Position numbers and translations under genes: made by a program
Notes under the pieces: model-generated
Told to the model about the DNA's origin: nothing
The model's database searches: none
What the model saw: only the letters and a program-made list of their open reading frames with translations
Part shown: piece after piece, positions 12,571-26,873 of the stretch
How the letters are laid out: every line of letters begins with the position of its first letter
Position numbering within the stretch: the stretch's first letter is position 1
Origin: Gallionella sp.
GTDB taxonomy: Bacteria > Pseudomonadota > Gammaproteobacteria > Burkholderiales > Gallionellaceae
DNA: 46,908 bases
Assembly (NCBI GenBank): GCA_030645775.1
Contig: JAUSLX010000166.1
Coordinates: forward strand, 1-46,908
Direction: 5' to 3'

Positions 12571-13467
12571 ATGAAGCGTTCTAGCTACAGGGGGCGCTTC
12601 GCCCCCTCTCCCACCGGCCCGCTGCATTTTGGCTCGCTGGTCGCCGCGATCGGCAGTTATCTGGATGCAAAACACCACAACGGTATCTGGCTGGTACGCA
12701 TGGAAGACCTCGATACGCCGCGCTGCGCGCCGGGTGCGGCGGACGATATCCTGCGCACCCTGGAGGCATTCGGACTGCACAGTGATGAAACCCTCATCTG
12801 CCAAAGCAGGCGCACGGCAGCTTATGATGAGGCGTTGCGCAAACTGCAAGCCATTCCTTCGGTGTATCCGTGTTGCTGCACGCGCCGCGAGATTGCCGAT
12901 TCGGCACTGAACGGCATAGAGGGACCGGTTTATCCGGGCACGTGCCGCAATGGCATTCCGGCGGGGCGAGCAGGGCGTGCCTGGCGGGCAAGGACGAACA
13001 ACGCAGCGATTGAATTCGATGATGTCCTGCAAGGCAGAATCAGCCAGCATTTGGAGCGTGACATAGGTGATTTCGTGGTAAAGCGCGCAGACGGCCTGTT
13101 TGCCTACCAGCTTGCGGTGGTGGTGGATGATGCGTTTCAGAGCATCACGCATATCGTGCGCGGCGCCGACCTGCTCTACTCCACGCCGCGCCAGATCTAT
13201 TTGCAACGCTTACTGGGCTTGACCACGCCGATCTACATGCATCTGCCCGTAGTTTTGAATGCCCAAGGCGAGAAACTCGGCAAGCAGACGCTGGCCCCCG
13301 CCATCAGCCGCGATGATGCGGTCACAACGCTGATGAGGGTACTGAAGTTTCTACAGCAGCAACCGCCCGAAGAATTGCGCGGCGCAACGGTCGAGCAGAT
13401 ATTGCTGTGGGGGACAGTAAACTGGAAGCCTGAAAAACTTACAAATTGCCGCCAGTATCCCGTCTGA
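12571..13467 (+). CDS. gluQ: Glutamyl-Q tRNA(Asp) synthetase
   Basis: YRGRFAPSPTGPLHFGS, YPCCCTR, YPGTCR, VRGADL; short, no anticodon domain. Confidence 0.92.
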   Translation: MKRSSYRGRFAPSPTGPLHFGSLVAAIGSYLDAKHHNGIWLVRMEDLDTPRCAPGAADDILRTLEAFGLHSDETLICQSRRTAAYDEALRKLQAIPSVYPCCCTRREIADSALNGIEGPVYPGTCRNGIPAGRAGRAWRARTNNAAIEFDDVLQGRISQHLERDIGDFVVKRADGLFAYQLAVVVDDAFQSITHIVRGADLLYSTPRQIYLQRLLGLTTPIYMHLPVVLNAQGEKLGKQTLAPAISRDDAVTTLMRVLKFLQQQPPEELRGATVEQILLWGTVNWKPEKLTNCRQYPV

Positions 13468-13473
13468 TCACTG

Positions 13474-13523
13474 GCAGCCTGTCGGACTTGTTTCACGAGT
13501 GCGAAACAAGTCCGACAGGCTGC
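13474..13523. repeat. Perfect 21-bp inverted repeat between convergent gluQ and glmM
   Basis: GCAGCCTGTCGGACTTGTTTC-N8-GAAACAAGTCCGACAGGCTGC, overlapping the glmM TAG. Confidence 0.9.
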
Positions 13524-14875
13524 TATGTAGCCAGATGCCGCACCACATCCGCAATCCGTTGTGCGGACTGCTCGACCAGCTGACGGTCTTCGCCTTCCAC
13601 CATGACACGCAGCAGCGGCTCCGTGCCGGACGGGCGCAACAACACGCGACCTCTGCCATCCAGAGCCGATTCCACTTCGGCAACGGCGGCCTTGACGTCG
13701 GCGTGCCCCAGGCAATCGACACCCTTGGCTACCCGCACGTTTACCAAAATCTGCGGATAGAGCTGCAATCCACCCGCTGCTTGGGCAAGCCCCTGTTTGC
13801 TGGTCCGCAAAGCGTGCAACACCTCCAGAGCGGAAACAATACCATCTCCGGTGCTGTGCTTGTCCAGGCAAATGATGTGCCCTGAATTCTCGCCACCCAG
13901 CTGCCAGTTTTGCTGTTGCAGCAATTCCATCACGTAGCGATCACCCACCCGGGCGCGCAAAAACGGAATATCCATGCGCTGCAGCGCGTGTTCAAAAGCC
14001 AGATTGGTCATCAGCGTGCCCACCACACCACCACGTAACTTGCCTTCTTCCTGACGATGTTTGGCAATCACGTAGAGCAACTGGTCGCCGTCGTAAAGCA
14101 GACCTTCCGCATCCACCATCACCAGTCTGTCGCCGTCACCATCCAGCGCGATACCCAGGTCCGCCCTGTGCTCAAGCACGGCCTTGCGTAAGTTCGCAGG
14201 TGCCGTTGCACCATAGCCATGATTGATATTGATGCCGTCCGGGTGCACGCCGATAGCAAAGACTTCCGCGCCCAACTCATGAAATACGTGCTGCGCAATG
14301 TGGTAGGTAGCCCCATGTGCGCAATCCACCACGATCTTCATGCCGCGCAAATCCATGGCGGAGGGAAAAGTCCCCTTGCAAAACTCGATGTAGCGGCCAA
14401 CCGCATCATCCAGACGCCTGGCCTTGCCCAGGTGCAGGGAAGAGTCGATTTTAATTTCCTGTTCCAGCCCGGCTTCGATGGCGTGTTCTATTTCATCCGG
14501 CAACTTGGAACCGCTGGCGGAAAAAAACTTGATGCCGTTGTCCTCGTAGGGATTGTGCGAAGCCGAAATCACGATACCTGCCTGCAAGCGCAGGGTGCGC
14601 GTCAAATAGGCCACGGCGGGTGTGGGTACCGGACCGGCCAGATAGACATCAACGCCCGCCGCAATCAAGCCGGCCTGCAGCGCAGACTCCAGCATATAGC
14701 CTGAAATGCGCGTATCCTTGCCGATCAATACAGCCGAGCGCTCACCCGCCGTATGTTCAACATTCGCCAACACCTTGCCGGCGGCATAGCCCAGATTCAT
14801 CACGAAATGCGGCGTAATCGGAAAGTCACCTACCCGCCCGCGGATGCCATCGGTACCAAAGTATTTTCTGCTCAT
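13523..14875 (-). CDS. glmM: Phosphoglucosamine mutase
   Basis: [27 protein letters not shown]. Confidence 0.96.
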   Translation of the reverse strand: MSRKYFGTDGIRGRVGDFPITPHFVMNLGYAAGKVLANVEHTAGERSAVLIGKDTRISGYMLESALQAGLIAAGVDVYLAGPVPTPAVAYLTRTLRLQAGIVISASHNPYEDNGIKFFSASGSKLPDEIEHAIEAGLEQEIKIDSSLHLGKARRLDDAVGRYIEFCKGTFPSAMDLRGMKIVVDCAHGATYHIAQHVFHELGAEVFAIGVHPDGININHGYGATAPANLRKAVLEHRADLGIALDGDGDRLVMVDAEGLLYDGDQLLYVIAKHRQEEGKLRGGVVGTLMTNLAFEHALQRMDIPFLRARVGDRYVMELLQQQNWQLGGENSGHIICLDKHSTGDGIVSALEVLHALRTSKQGLAQAAGGLQLYPQILVNVRVAKGVDCLGHADVKAAVAEVESALDGRGRVLLRPSGTEPLLRVMVEGEDRQLVEQSAQRIADVVRHLAT

Positions 14876-15702
14876 TTAATCTCCCCGTTGATTGCATTCC
14901 AGATTTTCAACGCGTCCGCCGTTGCGCGCACATCATGCACGCGCACGATGCTTGCGCCGCGTTGTACTGCTATCAATGCCGCCGCCACGCTGGCCGGCAT
15001 ACGCTGCCCCGCTTCCCGCCCCGTCAGCGCACCCAACATGGACTTGCGCGACAAGCCCGCCAACAGGGGTACGCCGAGCGCAGTCAATTGTTGCAATTCA
15101 CGCAACAGCGCAAGATTATGTGCCAATGTTTTGCCAAAACCAAAACCCGGATCAATGACGATGCACTGGCGTGCGATACCGGCAGCTACGGTCGCCAGGA
15201 TGCGCGCACGCAGAAAATCACCGACTTCACCTACGACATTTTGATAATCGGGTCGCAACTGCATGTTTTGCGGATTGCCCTGTTTGTGCATCAGGCACAC
15301 CGCCACTTTTCCGGCGGCGACGATACTGAGCGCGGCCTCATCCTGCAGCGCGTTGATGTCGTTGACCATGTGCGCGCCGGCTGCTATCGCCGCTTTCATC
15401 ACTTCAGGTTTGAACGTGTCTACCGATATGGGAACGGAAATACCACGCAAGCCTTCGATGACCGGCAACACGCGGTCCAGCTCCTCCTGCACGCTGACCG
15501 GCTGCGCGCCGGGGCGAGTCGATTCGCCGCCGATATCGATGATGTCCGCGCCGTCCTCTAGCAGTTGCTGTGCATGGGCCACGGCGGCATCACGCCGCCC
15601 GTGCAGTCCGCCGTCCGAGAAGGAATCGGGGGTGACATTGACGATGCCCATCACCAGCGGACGGGTGAGATCGAATTGGAATGTGCCGCAGCAGAAATTC
15701 AT
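14872..15702 (-). CDS. folP: Dihydropteroate synthase
   Basis: [40 protein letters not shown]. Start taken at 15702; the longer ORF runs through heptamer repeats. Confidence 0.95.
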   Translation of the reverse strand: MNFCCGTFQFDLTRPLVMGIVNVTPDSFSDGGLHGRRDAAVAHAQQLLEDGADIIDIGGESTRPGAQPVSVQEELDRVLPVIEGLRGISVPISVDTFKPEVMKAAIAAGAHMVNDINALQDEAALSIVAAGKVAVCLMHKQGNPQNMQLRPDYQNVVGEVGDFLRARILATVAAGIARQCIVIDPGFGFGKTLAHNLALLRELQQLTALGVPLLAGLSRKSMLGALTGREAGQRMPASVAAALIAVQRGASIVRVHDVRATADALKIWNAINGEIK

Positions 15703-15704
15703 CT

Positions 15705-15782
15705 GGTGAAAGGTGAAAGGTGAAAGGTGAAAGGTGAAATGCAAATCCGAATTCAGCTCACATTTCACATTTCACGTTTCAC
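15705..15782. repeat. Heptamer inverted array: (GGTGAAA)x5 ... TTTCAC(A/G) units
   Basis: Direct reading of the ftsH-folP spacer; the two arms are mutually complementary. Confidence 0.92.
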
Positions 15783-15787
15783 AGCTA

Positions 15788-17716
15788 TCAGATTTCCCGT
15801 GCAGGCTCGGTTGGCGTACTGGTCACCGCAGGCTCGCTTGAGGACGCCGCCGGTGCGGTAGGTGCCTGATCCTTGGGCGGTTGTGGCGCTTGTTTGGCCT
15901 GGCTGGGCTTGGGTGGACGCGGTGGATTGCCGTCCATGATGTCGTTGATCTGATCCGCGTCTATCGTTTCCCATTCCAGCAACGCCTTGGTCATCGCCTC
16001 GATCTTGTCGCGATGCGTCTCGATCAGATTTCGCGCCAGCGCGTACTGCTGGTCTATGATGCGGCGAATCTCGTCATCCACCTTATGCATGGTTGCTTCG
16101 GAAATATTTTTGTGTGTCGTGACCGAACGACCCAGAAAAACCTCTCCCTCGTTTTCGCCGTAAACCATAGGGCCCAATGCATCCGACATGCCCCATTGCG
16201 TCACCATGCGCCGAGCCATCTCGGTGGCGCGTTCGAAGTCGTTCGATGCGCCCGTCGTCATCTGGTGCATGAATATCTCTTCGGCAATACGACCGCCGAA
16301 CAGCACGGCAATCGTGGACAGGATGCGCTCCTTGTCCATGCTGTAGCGATCTTCGGAGGGCAATTGCATCGTCAAACCCAGCGCACGTCCGCGTGGAATA
16401 ATCGTCACCTTATGCACCGGATCGGTTTTTGGTGACAACTTGGCCACCACCGCATGACCCGACTCGTGATAAGCGGTGTTGCGACGCTCTTCTTCAGGCA
16501 TCACCATCGAACGGCGTTCGGCGCCCATGAATATCTTGTCTTTGGCCGCCTCGAAATCGTCCATTTCGACAAAACGCTTGGCGCGGCGCGCGGCAAACAG
16601 CGCCGCCTCGTTCACCAGATTCGCCAAATCCGCACCTGACATACCCGGCGTACCGCGCGCAATCACGTTGGCATCCACGTCCGGCGCGCAGGGAACTTTG
16701 CGCATATGCACCAGCAAAATCTGTTCACGTCCGCGAATATCCGGCAGGGGCACAACCACCTGGCGATCAAAACGACCGGGGCGCAACAAGGCCGCATCCA
16801 GCACGTCAGGACGATTGGTCGCGGCAATCACGATCACACCGCTTGCCCCCTCGAAACCATCCATCTCAACCAGCAAGGCATTCAGCGTTTGTTCACGTTC
16901 ATCGTTACCGCCACCCAGTCCCGCGCCACGCTGACGACCCACGGCATCAATTTCGTCGATAAAGATAATGCAAGGCGAACTTTTCTTGGCCTGCTCGAAC
17001 ATGTCGCGCACACGCGCCGCACCCACACCGACAAACATTTCCACAAAATCGGAGCCGGAAATCGAAAAGAAAGGCACTTTGGCTTCTCCGGCAATCGCTT
17101 TCGCCAACAGGGTTTTGCCGGTACCCGGACTGCCTACCATCAGCACACCGCGCGGAATACGTCCGCCGAGATTCTGGAATTTTGCCGGATCGCTCAGAAA
17201 ATCCACCAGTTCTGATACTTCTTCCTTGGCCTCGTCACAACCTGCCACATCGGCAAAGGTCACCCGCTCCTTGTTTTCATCCAGCAGGCGTGCCTTGCTC
17301 TTGCCGAACGAAAATGCCCCGCCTTTGCCGCCACCCTGCATCTGGCGCATGAAAAATATCCACACGCCTATCAGCAATATCATCGGAAACCAGGAAACAA
17401 AGATGCTCATCAGGAAGGATTGCTCTTCTTCCGGCTTGGCTTCGATGCTCACGCCATTTTTCAGCAGATCAGAAACCATCCACAGATCGCTGGGTGCATA
17501 AGTGCTGACGCGCTTGCCGTCTACCGTCGTCGCGTGCAGCGTCCGCCCTTCGATTACGACCTTGGCAATCTGACCATTTTTGACTTCTTCAAGGAACTGC
17601 GAGTAGTCCAGATGCGCCTGCGCCGTCTGTTGCTGGCGCGTATTGAACTGATTGAACACGGTCATCAATACCAATGCCACAACCATCCAGATTGCAATGC
17701 TTTTAAAATTGTTCAA
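15788..17716 (-). CDS. ftsH: ATP-dependent zinc metalloprotease FtsH
   Basis: Two TMs, [30 protein letters not shown]. Confidence 0.97.
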   Translation of the reverse strand: MNNFKSIAIWMVVALVLMTVFNQFNTRQQQTAQAHLDYSQFLEEVKNGQIAKVVIEGRTLHATTVDGKRVSTYAPSDLWMVSDLLKNGVSIEAKPEEEQSFLMSIFVSWFPMILLIGVWIFFMRQMQGGGKGGAFSFGKSKARLLDENKERVTFADVAGCDEAKEEVSELVDFLSDPAKFQNLGGRIPRGVLMVGSPGTGKTLLAKAIAGEAKVPFFSISGSDFVEMFVGVGAARVRDMFEQAKKSSPCIIFIDEIDAVGRQRGAGLGGGNDEREQTLNALLVEMDGFEGASGVIVIAATNRPDVLDAALLRPGRFDRQVVVPLPDIRGREQILLVHMRKVPCAPDVDANVIARGTPGMSGADLANLVNEAALFAARRAKRFVEMDDFEAAKDKIFMGAERRSMVMPEEERRNTAYHESGHAVVAKLSPKTDPVHKVTIIPRGRALGLTMQLPSEDRYSMDKERILSTIAVLFGGRIAEEIFMHQMTTGASNDFERATEMARRMVTQWGMSDALGPMVYGENEGEVFLGRSVTTHKNISEATMHKVDDEIRRIIDQQYALARNLIETHRDKIEAMTKALLEWETIDADQINDIMDGNPPRPPKPSQAKQAPQPPKDQAPTAPAASSSEPAVTSTPTEPAREI

Positions 17717-17779
17717 GATAATTCCTTATTACGCACATCAACACTACAGAAGTATGTCATTAGACTATGTATCAGCTGA

Positions 17780-18400
17780 TTACTCAAGTTTTCCGGTCCC
17801 CAACAGATAGACTTCACTGCTGCGATCCCGCGAAGCTTTCGGTTTACGCGCCACCACTTTAACAAAGCGACTGCGCATTAATTTCATGTAAGTCTCGAAA
17901 CCGGCCCCCTGAAAAACTTTAACCAGAAAACTGCCCTCAGGACTCAGGTGTTCGAACGCGAATTCCATCGCCAGTTCCGCAAGATAGATAGATCTGTCCT
18001 GATCGACGGCACCGACCCCGCTGAAGTTGGGGGCCATATCTGAAATTACAAGCCCTACCGGCTTGCCTTGCAGGCTTGCCTCCAACTTCTTCAGGACATC
18101 CTCATCACGAAAATCGCCCTGAATGAATTCCACGCCACGCAAGGGATCAAGCGGCAACAGATCAAGAGCAATGATTTTACCTGTCGGCCCGATTTTATTC
18201 GCTGCCACCTGACACCAGCCACCCGGTGTCGCGCCCAGATCCACCACCACCAGACCCGGTTTGAACAAATGATCCCTGTCATCAATCTCCAGCAGTTTAT
18301 AGGCCGCACGAGAACGGTAGCCCTCCTTCTGCGCCATTTGCACAAAAGGATCGTTAATATGCTCACGCATCCACTGTTTACTGGTTTTGGAAGGCTTCAT
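17780..18400 (-). CDS. rlmE: 23S rRNA Um2552 methyltransferase RlmE (FtsJ)
   Basis: [33 protein letters not shown]; upstream of ftsH. Confidence 0.96.
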   Translation of the reverse strand: MKPSKTSKQWMREHINDPFVQMAQKEGYRSRAAYKLLEIDDRDHLFKPGLVVVDLGATPGGWCQVAANKIGPTGKIIALDLLPLDPLRGVEFIQGDFRDEDVLKKLEASLQGKPVGLVISDMAPNFSGVGAVDQDRSIYLAELAMEFAFEHLSPEGSFLVKVFQGAGFETYMKLMRSRFVKVVARKPKASRDRSSEVYLLGTGKLE

Positions 18401-18438
18401 CGTTTAGAATCCACGCCTTGGAAAATATTGAGAAAATT

Positions 18439-18789
18439 ATGCTATCGCTTACCGTTACAGAACGCCTCACCCTGAAGGGTCGCGCACACCAGTTAAAACC
18501 TACCGTAATGATAGGCAATGCGGGTTTGACCGAATCCGTCCTGAAAGAAATTGCCCTGACTTTAAAGCTCCACGAACTCATCAAGATTCGCGTCATGGCA
18601 GAACGTCCGGAACGTGAAGCCATACTGAACGAGATATGCACACAACTGGAGGCAGCCGCTGTGCAACATATAGGGAAAATTCTGGTGATCTATCAGCCCA
18701 ACCCCGACGCCCACAAAATTGAAATCCGCCAAATGCCACGCCACAAGGGCAAAAAACCGCTGACCAAGAAACAACTGGGAAACAGATAA
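18439..18789 (+). CDS. yhbY: YhbY-family RNA-binding (CRM) protein
   Basis: LKGRAHQLKPTVMIG, HELIKIR, VQHIGK; divergent from rlmE. Confidence 0.9.
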   Translation: MLSLTVTERLTLKGRAHQLKPTVMIGNAGLTESVLKEIALTLKLHELIKIRVMAERPEREAILNEICTQLEAAAVQHIGKILVIYQPNPDAHKIEIRQMPRHKGKKPLTKKQLGNR

Positions 18790-18794
18790 AAATC

Positions 18795-18875
18795 GGTAAG
18801 TGGTAAGTGGTAAGTGGTAAGTGTAAAACCACTCTCAACTCACTACTTTCTACTCACTACTTTCTACTCACCAGC
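18795..18875. repeat. Heptamer array (GGTAAGT)x4 plus pyrimidine-rich CTACTCA/CTACTTT arm
   Basis: Direct reading between convergent yhbY and greA. Confidence 0.9.
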
Positions 18876-18876
18876 C

Positions 18877-19353
18877 TTAGATGTACTGAACCTCAATCAA
18901 TTCATATTCCCTGATGCCGCCCGGGGTCTTCACCTCGGCCACATCACCGCCACTCTTCCCTATTAGTGCACGCGCAATCGGCGAACTGATCGAAATCTTG
19001 CGTTGCTTGATGTCCGCCTCATCGTCGCCGACGATCTGGTAAGTCACCACATCACCGCTGCTTGTTTCTTCCATGATCACGGTAGCACCAAACACGCAAC
19101 GACCATTGGCATTTAATGTTTTAGGATCAATAATCTGCGCGCTACCCAGCTTGCTTTCCAGCTCGATAATGCGACCTTCGACAAAACCCTGCCTGTCTTT
19201 AGCAGCTTCATATTCGGCATTCTCGGAAAGATCACCCTGTGCGCGTGCTTCAGATATCGCGTTGATGACCCAGGGACGCTCTACCGTTTTCAGCTTGTGT
19301 AACTCTTGACGCATTTTTTCAGCACCAACCACCGTCAATGGAATCTTGATCAT
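18877..19353 (-). CDS. greA: Transcription elongation factor GreA
   Basis: GDLSENAEY, SPIARALIGK. Confidence 0.96.
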   Translation of the reverse strand: MIKIPLTVVGAEKMRQELHKLKTVERPWVINAISEARAQGDLSENAEYEAAKDRQGFVEGRIIELESKLGSAQIIDPKTLNANGRCVFGATVIMEETSSGDVVTYQIVGDDEADIKQRKISISSPIARALIGKSGGDVAEVKTPGGIREYELIEVQYI

Positions 19354-19376
19354 ACGGGAACTCTCTAAAATTGGAT

Positions 19377-19482
19377 GCCAGACGTTAGACGCCAGACGTT
19401 GGTTTATAAACAGTCGTTAGCCACTAGACGTTAGTTATTCGTTAGCCCCGCGTAGCGGACAACATAAACCAACTACTCGTAA

Positions 19483-19498
<16 letters not shown>
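19377..19498. repeat. Degenerate heptamer array (GCCAGAC/GTTAGAC ... ACTAG units)
   Basis: 7-nt periodicity in the carB-greA spacer, overlapping the last carB codons and stop. Confidence 0.65.
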
Positions 19499-22713
<3,215 letters not shown>

Positions 22714-22718
22714 TTTTA

Positions 22719-22796
22719 GTGACAGGTGAAACGTGAAATGTGAAATGTGAAATGTGCAATTCCGCCACGTTTCACTTTTCTCATTTCACGTTTCAC
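22719..22796. repeat. Heptamer inverted array (GTGAAAY-like x6 ... TTTCAC units)
   Basis: carA-carB spacer; the carA TGA lies within the array. Confidence 0.9.
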
Positions 22797-24043
22797 TGCT
22801 TCTTCTCCATCATTTCAACAAAGCGATCAAACAAGCCGTCCACGTCATGCGGGCCGGGGCTCGCTTCGGGGTGGCCCTGAAAGCAGAATGCAGGTTTGTC
22901 AGTCAATTCAAATCCTTGCAAGGTTCCATCGAACAGTGAGACATGGGTTGCGCGCGCATTGTCGGGCAGGGTCGCCGCATCCACCGCAAAGCCATGATTC
23001 TGACTGGTAATCATCACACGTTTGGTGTCAACATCCTGCACGGGATGGTTCGCACCGCGATGGCCGAACTTCATTTTCAGCGTTTTGGCACCCACGGCCA
23101 GGCCGAGAATCTGGTGACCCAGACAGATACCGAACAGCGGAACACCTGCAGCCAACATCTGCTGCGTAGCTGTAATTGCATAATCGCAAGGCTCCGGGTC
23201 ACCCGGGCCATTCGACAAGAACACACCATCCGGTTTCATTGCCAGCACGTCCGCCGCCGGTGTCTTCGCCGGCACAACGGTAATTTTGCAGCCGCGTTCA
23301 GCCAGCATGCGCAGAATATTGCGCTTCACACCGAAATCATAGGCGACGACATGATAGGAGCGAGACCGCAAGGGTCTTCCCCGCACAACTACGGGGCTTT
23401 GCCCCAAGTTGTCGCGTGAAGGACTGAGGACTGAGGACTGAGTCAAACCCGACGCAGTTGGGTTTTCTTGACCCTTGATTCCTGGCGCTTGAACCTCACC
23501 GTGAACGGCGCCGAGTTGCCACACGCCTTCTGTCCATTCGTAGGGCTGATCGCAAGTGACCACCTGCGCCAGATCCATGCCTGCCAGACCGGCGAATCCG
23601 CGCGCGGCCTCCAGCGCTGCCACTTCATCCGTACCCGTAGCGATACAACCGCTCTGCGCACCCTTTTCACGCAGTATCCGGGTAAGTTTGCGGGTATCGA
23701 TACCGGCGATCGCCACCACGTCATTGGCTTTCAGGTAATCCGGCAACGACTGCGTGCTGCGCCAGTTACTTACTGTCGGCGATAAATCACGAATAATCAA
23801 ACCGCTGGCAAATACCTGACGTGACTCGACGTCTTCGTCATTCACCCCTACGTTACCGATGTGCGGACAGGTCAGCGTAACAATTTGCCTGCAATAGGAA
23901 GGGTCCGTGAGTATCTCCTGATAGCCGGTCATCGAGGTATTGAATACCACCTCGCCCACACGGCTTCCGGAGGCGCCAATGGCAACACCGCGAAACACCG
24001 TCCCATCGGCAAGTACAAGAATGGCAGGATTCGTTTGCGTCAC
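22793..24043 (-). CDS. carA: Carbamoyl-phosphate synthase small subunit, with ~40-aa repeat-derived insert
   Basis: [35 protein letters not shown]; GTG start at 24043. Confidence 0.96.
   Translation of the reverse strand: MTQTNPAILVLADGTVFRGVAIGASGSRVGEVVFNTSMTGYQEILTDPSYCRQIVTLTCPHIGNVGVNDEDVESRQVFASGLIIRDLSPTVSNWRSTQSLPDYLKANDVVAIAGIDTRKLTRILREKGAQSGCIATGTDEVAALEAARGFAGLAGMDLAQVVTCDQPYEWTEGVWQLGAVHGEVQAPGIKGQENPTASGLTQSSVLSPSRDNLGQSPVVVRGRPLRSRSYHVVAYDFGVKRNILRMLAERGCKITVVPAKTPAADVLAMKPDGVFLSNGPGDPEPCDYAITATQQMLAAGVPLFGICLGHQILGLAVGAKTLKMKFGHRGANHPVQDVDTKRVMITSQNHGFAVDAATLPDNARATHVSLFDGTLQGFELTDKPAFCFQGHPEASPGPHDVDGLFDRFVEMMEKKQ
23358..23502. repeat. In-frame repeat insert in carA (heptamer hairpin plus ACCGCAAGGG element)
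   Basis: (GGACTGA)x3 at 23421-23441, 7-periodic CTTGA/CCTGG/CTCAC arm at 23467-23500, small hairpins at 23360-23415. Confidence 0.75.
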
Positions 24044-24173
24044 CAGATACTCCCAAGGAAAGACATAAAGAAGCGGGAAGAGCCGTGAGCTCATCCCGCA
24101 AAAGATTGGCGGGCATTATAGCGGATTAGAGGAAACGCATCAAATGTAAGCGCATCACTCAAGGATGAAGCGA

Positions 24174-26726
24174 TTATGCGTCCGGGCGCATGGCCGGTTT
24201 TATCGCCATGATCAGCAAATATACGCTGCCCGCCGCGAGCACAGCGGTGAACAGCATCAGCGCCAGGCTGCCCGAGAAATGGAACAGCTCGCGCAGCACC
24301 GGAACGCTGAGCACCAGCAGCAGTCCGCCGCCGGCACCCGGCAATATCCAGCGCAGCGTCGGGTTTTTTTCCAGTCCGGACGCGTTTTGTGTCCGGTTGC
24401 CAAATACCAGCGCGATATTGCCTGCCACCATAGACGTGAACACCAGAGCGCGCACGGTGTCTTCGTCATAACCTGCCGCGCGTGCCCACAGATAGATCGC
24501 GACGGTGACACAGACGGCGATGCCGCCCTGCAGCAGACTGAATGCCAGTTGCCTGCCGCCGAACAAAGCTTCGTTCGCCGCCCTGGGCGGGCGCTGCATG
24601 ATGTTTTTCTCCTCAGCCTCGGCTTCAAAGAAAATCGAGCAAACCGGGCCGATGACCAGCTCCAGAAACATGATATGAGCCGGCATCAACAACAGCGGCT
24701 CGCCCAGCAGAACGGGGAGCATCGCCATTGCGACTATCGGGAGATGCACCGCCAGTACATAGCTCATCGCACGGCGCAGGTTGTCGTAGATGCGCCGCCC
24801 CAGCCGCACGGTGGCAACCAGTGAGGCAAAGTCGTCGTTAAGCAACACCAGACCGGCCGCTTCGCGCGCGACATCGGTGCCGCGACTGCCCATCGCGACG
24901 CCGATGTGCGCCGCCTTCAGCGCGGGCGCGTCATTCACGCCGTCGCCGGTCATCGCAACGATCTCGCCATTGGCCTTGAAGGCTTCCACCAGGCGCAGCT
25001 TCTGTTGCGGCACAATGCGCGCAAACACCTGCACCTCGCGCAGCCGGGCGCGCAACACCCCATCGGAAAGCGTCTCCAGCTCAGCCCCGCTCAGCACCTG
25101 ATTCGCCGGCAGGCCGAGTTCGCGTGCAATGGCTTGTGCAGTACGGGCGTGGTCGCCGGTAATCATCACCACGCGGATGCCGGCGGCGTGGCACTGGCCG
25201 ATGGCCTCTTTTACATCGGCGCGCAGCGGATCCTGCAACCCCAGCAGGCCGACAAAGGAGAATTCGATATCGTGCTGCCGTTCCGGCCAGGATTCGCCCG
25301 GCAGCAGCATCGCGCGCGCCACGCCCAATACGCGCAAGCCCCCGTCTGCCATTTCGGCGGCGATCTGTCCGAGAGCCTGCACCTGTTCTTCGGACAGATG
25401 GCACAGATCGATGATCGCTTCCGGCGCGCCCTTGGCGGCCACACTGTGATGCGGCTGATCGTCGCCCTGCCAGACATGCGACATCGCCGGCATCTCGGGG
25501 GACAGGCTGTATTCGTGGACGATCTGCCATGCATCGTGCAGGTGTTCGCTGCCCGCGAGGGTACGGTTGCCCAGTTCGTGCAGCGCGCGTTCCATCGGGT
25601 CGAACGGTTCGCGTTCACTGGCCAGAATGCCGAATTCGACCAGTTCGTGCCAGGGTTCCGGCAGCGCGTTCAGGTCATGCACATCCAGCATCTGACCGTC
25701 GCCATACAATTTGCGGATCACCATGCGATTTTCGGTCAGCGTGCCGGTCTTGTCGGTACACAGCACGGTGGTGGCACCCAGCGTCTCGATCGCATCCAGC
25801 CGCCGCGTCAGCACATGGCGTCTTGAGATGCGCCAGGCGCCCAGCGACATAAATATCGACAGGATGACCGGAAATTCTTCCGGCAGAGTGGACATCGCCA
25901 GCGTGATTCCGGCCAGCAGCGCGTTCAACCAGTGGCCGTGTGTGTAGCCGTAGATCAGCACCAGAGACAAACACAGCACTACAGCGATGAATACCAGACG
26001 GCGCACCAGCACGCCTGTCTGGATGCGCAACGGTGAGGTGCCGCCTTGTGTGTCTTGCAACGACTTGCCGATTTGGCCGAGTGCGCTCGCATGCCCGGTG
26101 GCGGTGACCCGTCCGATACCACTGCCCTGCACCAGCACCGTGCCGGCATAGACGAAAGGCTGGTCATCACCGCCCGGCTCCCGTGCTGCCGTGTCCGCGC
26201 CACCGGGCTGTTTGCGCACCGGGACGGATTCGCCGGTCAGCATGGACTCATCGGCGAACAGATCGTTGCAACTGAGCAGCACGGCGTCCGCCGCGACTCT
26301 GTCGCCTTCGCCCAGCAGCAACAAATCGCCCGGCACCACCTCACGTCCGGCAATACGTTGCTGACGGCCATCGCGCACCACCCTGGCCCGCGGGCTGGAT
26401 AAGTCGCGCAAGGCTTCCAGCACGCGTTCGCTTTTTTGCGCCTGAAACACCGTCATGCCGATGATAATCGCGACAAAACCCAGCAGCATCAGCGCATCGG
26501 AGACTGCACCCAGCAACAGGTAAATGCCGCCCGCAGCAAGCAGCAACAGGAATATCGGTTCGCGCAGCATCTCGGCAGTTATCGTATGCAATCGCCGTGA
26601 CCGTGGCGGGGTCAGCTCGTTGTAGCCGGACTCGGCAAGGCGCAGCTGTGCCTGCGCTGTGCTCAGACCGATCGTATCGTTAGCGTTCACGCCTGAAAAT
26701 TCTACGCGGGCAGTCGGTGTGAGCAT
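24174..26726 (-). CDS. Cation-translocating P-type ATPase (P2, Ca2+-ATPase-like)
   Basis: TGES, PEEFP, DKTGTLT, KGAPE, DPLR, TGDGVNDAPALK. Confidence 0.92.
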   Translation of the reverse strand: MLTPTARVEFSGVNANDTIGLSTAQAQLRLAESGYNELTPPRSRRLHTITAEMLREPIFLLLLAAGGIYLLLGAVSDALMLLGFVAIIIGMTVFQAQKSERVLEALRDLSSPRARVVRDGRQQRIAGREVVPGDLLLLGEGDRVAADAVLLSCNDLFADESMLTGESVPVRKQPGGADTAAREPGGDDQPFVYAGTVLVQGSGIGRVTATGHASALGQIGKSLQDTQGGTSPLRIQTGVLVRRLVFIAVVLCLSLVLIYGYTHGHWLNALLAGITLAMSTLPEEFPVILSIFMSLGAWRISRRHVLTRRLDAIETLGATTVLCTDKTGTLTENRMVIRKLYGDGQMLDVHDLNALPEPWHELVEFGILASEREPFDPMERALHELGNRTLAGSEHLHDAWQIVHEYSLSPEMPAMSHVWQGDDQPHHSVAAKGAPEAIIDLCHLSEEQVQALGQIAAEMADGGLRVLGVARAMLLPGESWPERQHDIEFSFVGLLGLQDPLRADVKEAIGQCHAAGIRVVMITGDHARTAQAIARELGLPANQVLSGAELETLSDGVLRARLREVQVFARIVPQQKLRLVEAFKANGEIVAMTGDGVNDAPALKAAHIGVAMGSRGTDVAREAAGLVLLNDDFASLVATVRLGRRIYDNLRRAMSYVLAVHLPIVAMAMLPVLLGEPLLLMPAHIMFLELVIGPVCSIFFEAEAEEKNIMQRPPRAANEALFGGRQLAFSLLQGGIAVCVTVAIYLWARAAGYDEDTVRALVFTSMVAGNIALVFGNRTQNASGLEKNPTLRWILPGAGGGLLLVLSVPVLRELFHFSGSLALMLFTAVLAAGSVYLLIMAIKPAMRPDA

Positions 26727-26750
26727 GATTGCCCGTGAACCAGGGTTCGT

Positions 26751-26873
26751 TTAACGTGAAACTCGCGCAGCGACGAACCGTACCCCTCGCCCTTTGGGAG
26801 AGGGGGGACGGGGGTGAGGGAACGGGCATGGCGGGTTTCATTATCAGGGGGTGGCGCTCGCCATGCCCGTTTA
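26751..26873. mobile_element. MITE-like palindromic element, copy 2
   Basis: Same termini as 5740-5879, with internal CCCCTCGCCC..GGGAGAGGGG REP module; ends on the sppA stop. Confidence 0.72.

Noticed and set aside
15703-15768. N-terminal extension of FolP (HFTFHLSPFTFH)
   Set aside because: Stop-free strand of the heptamer array; ATG 15702 gives a normal-length FolP.
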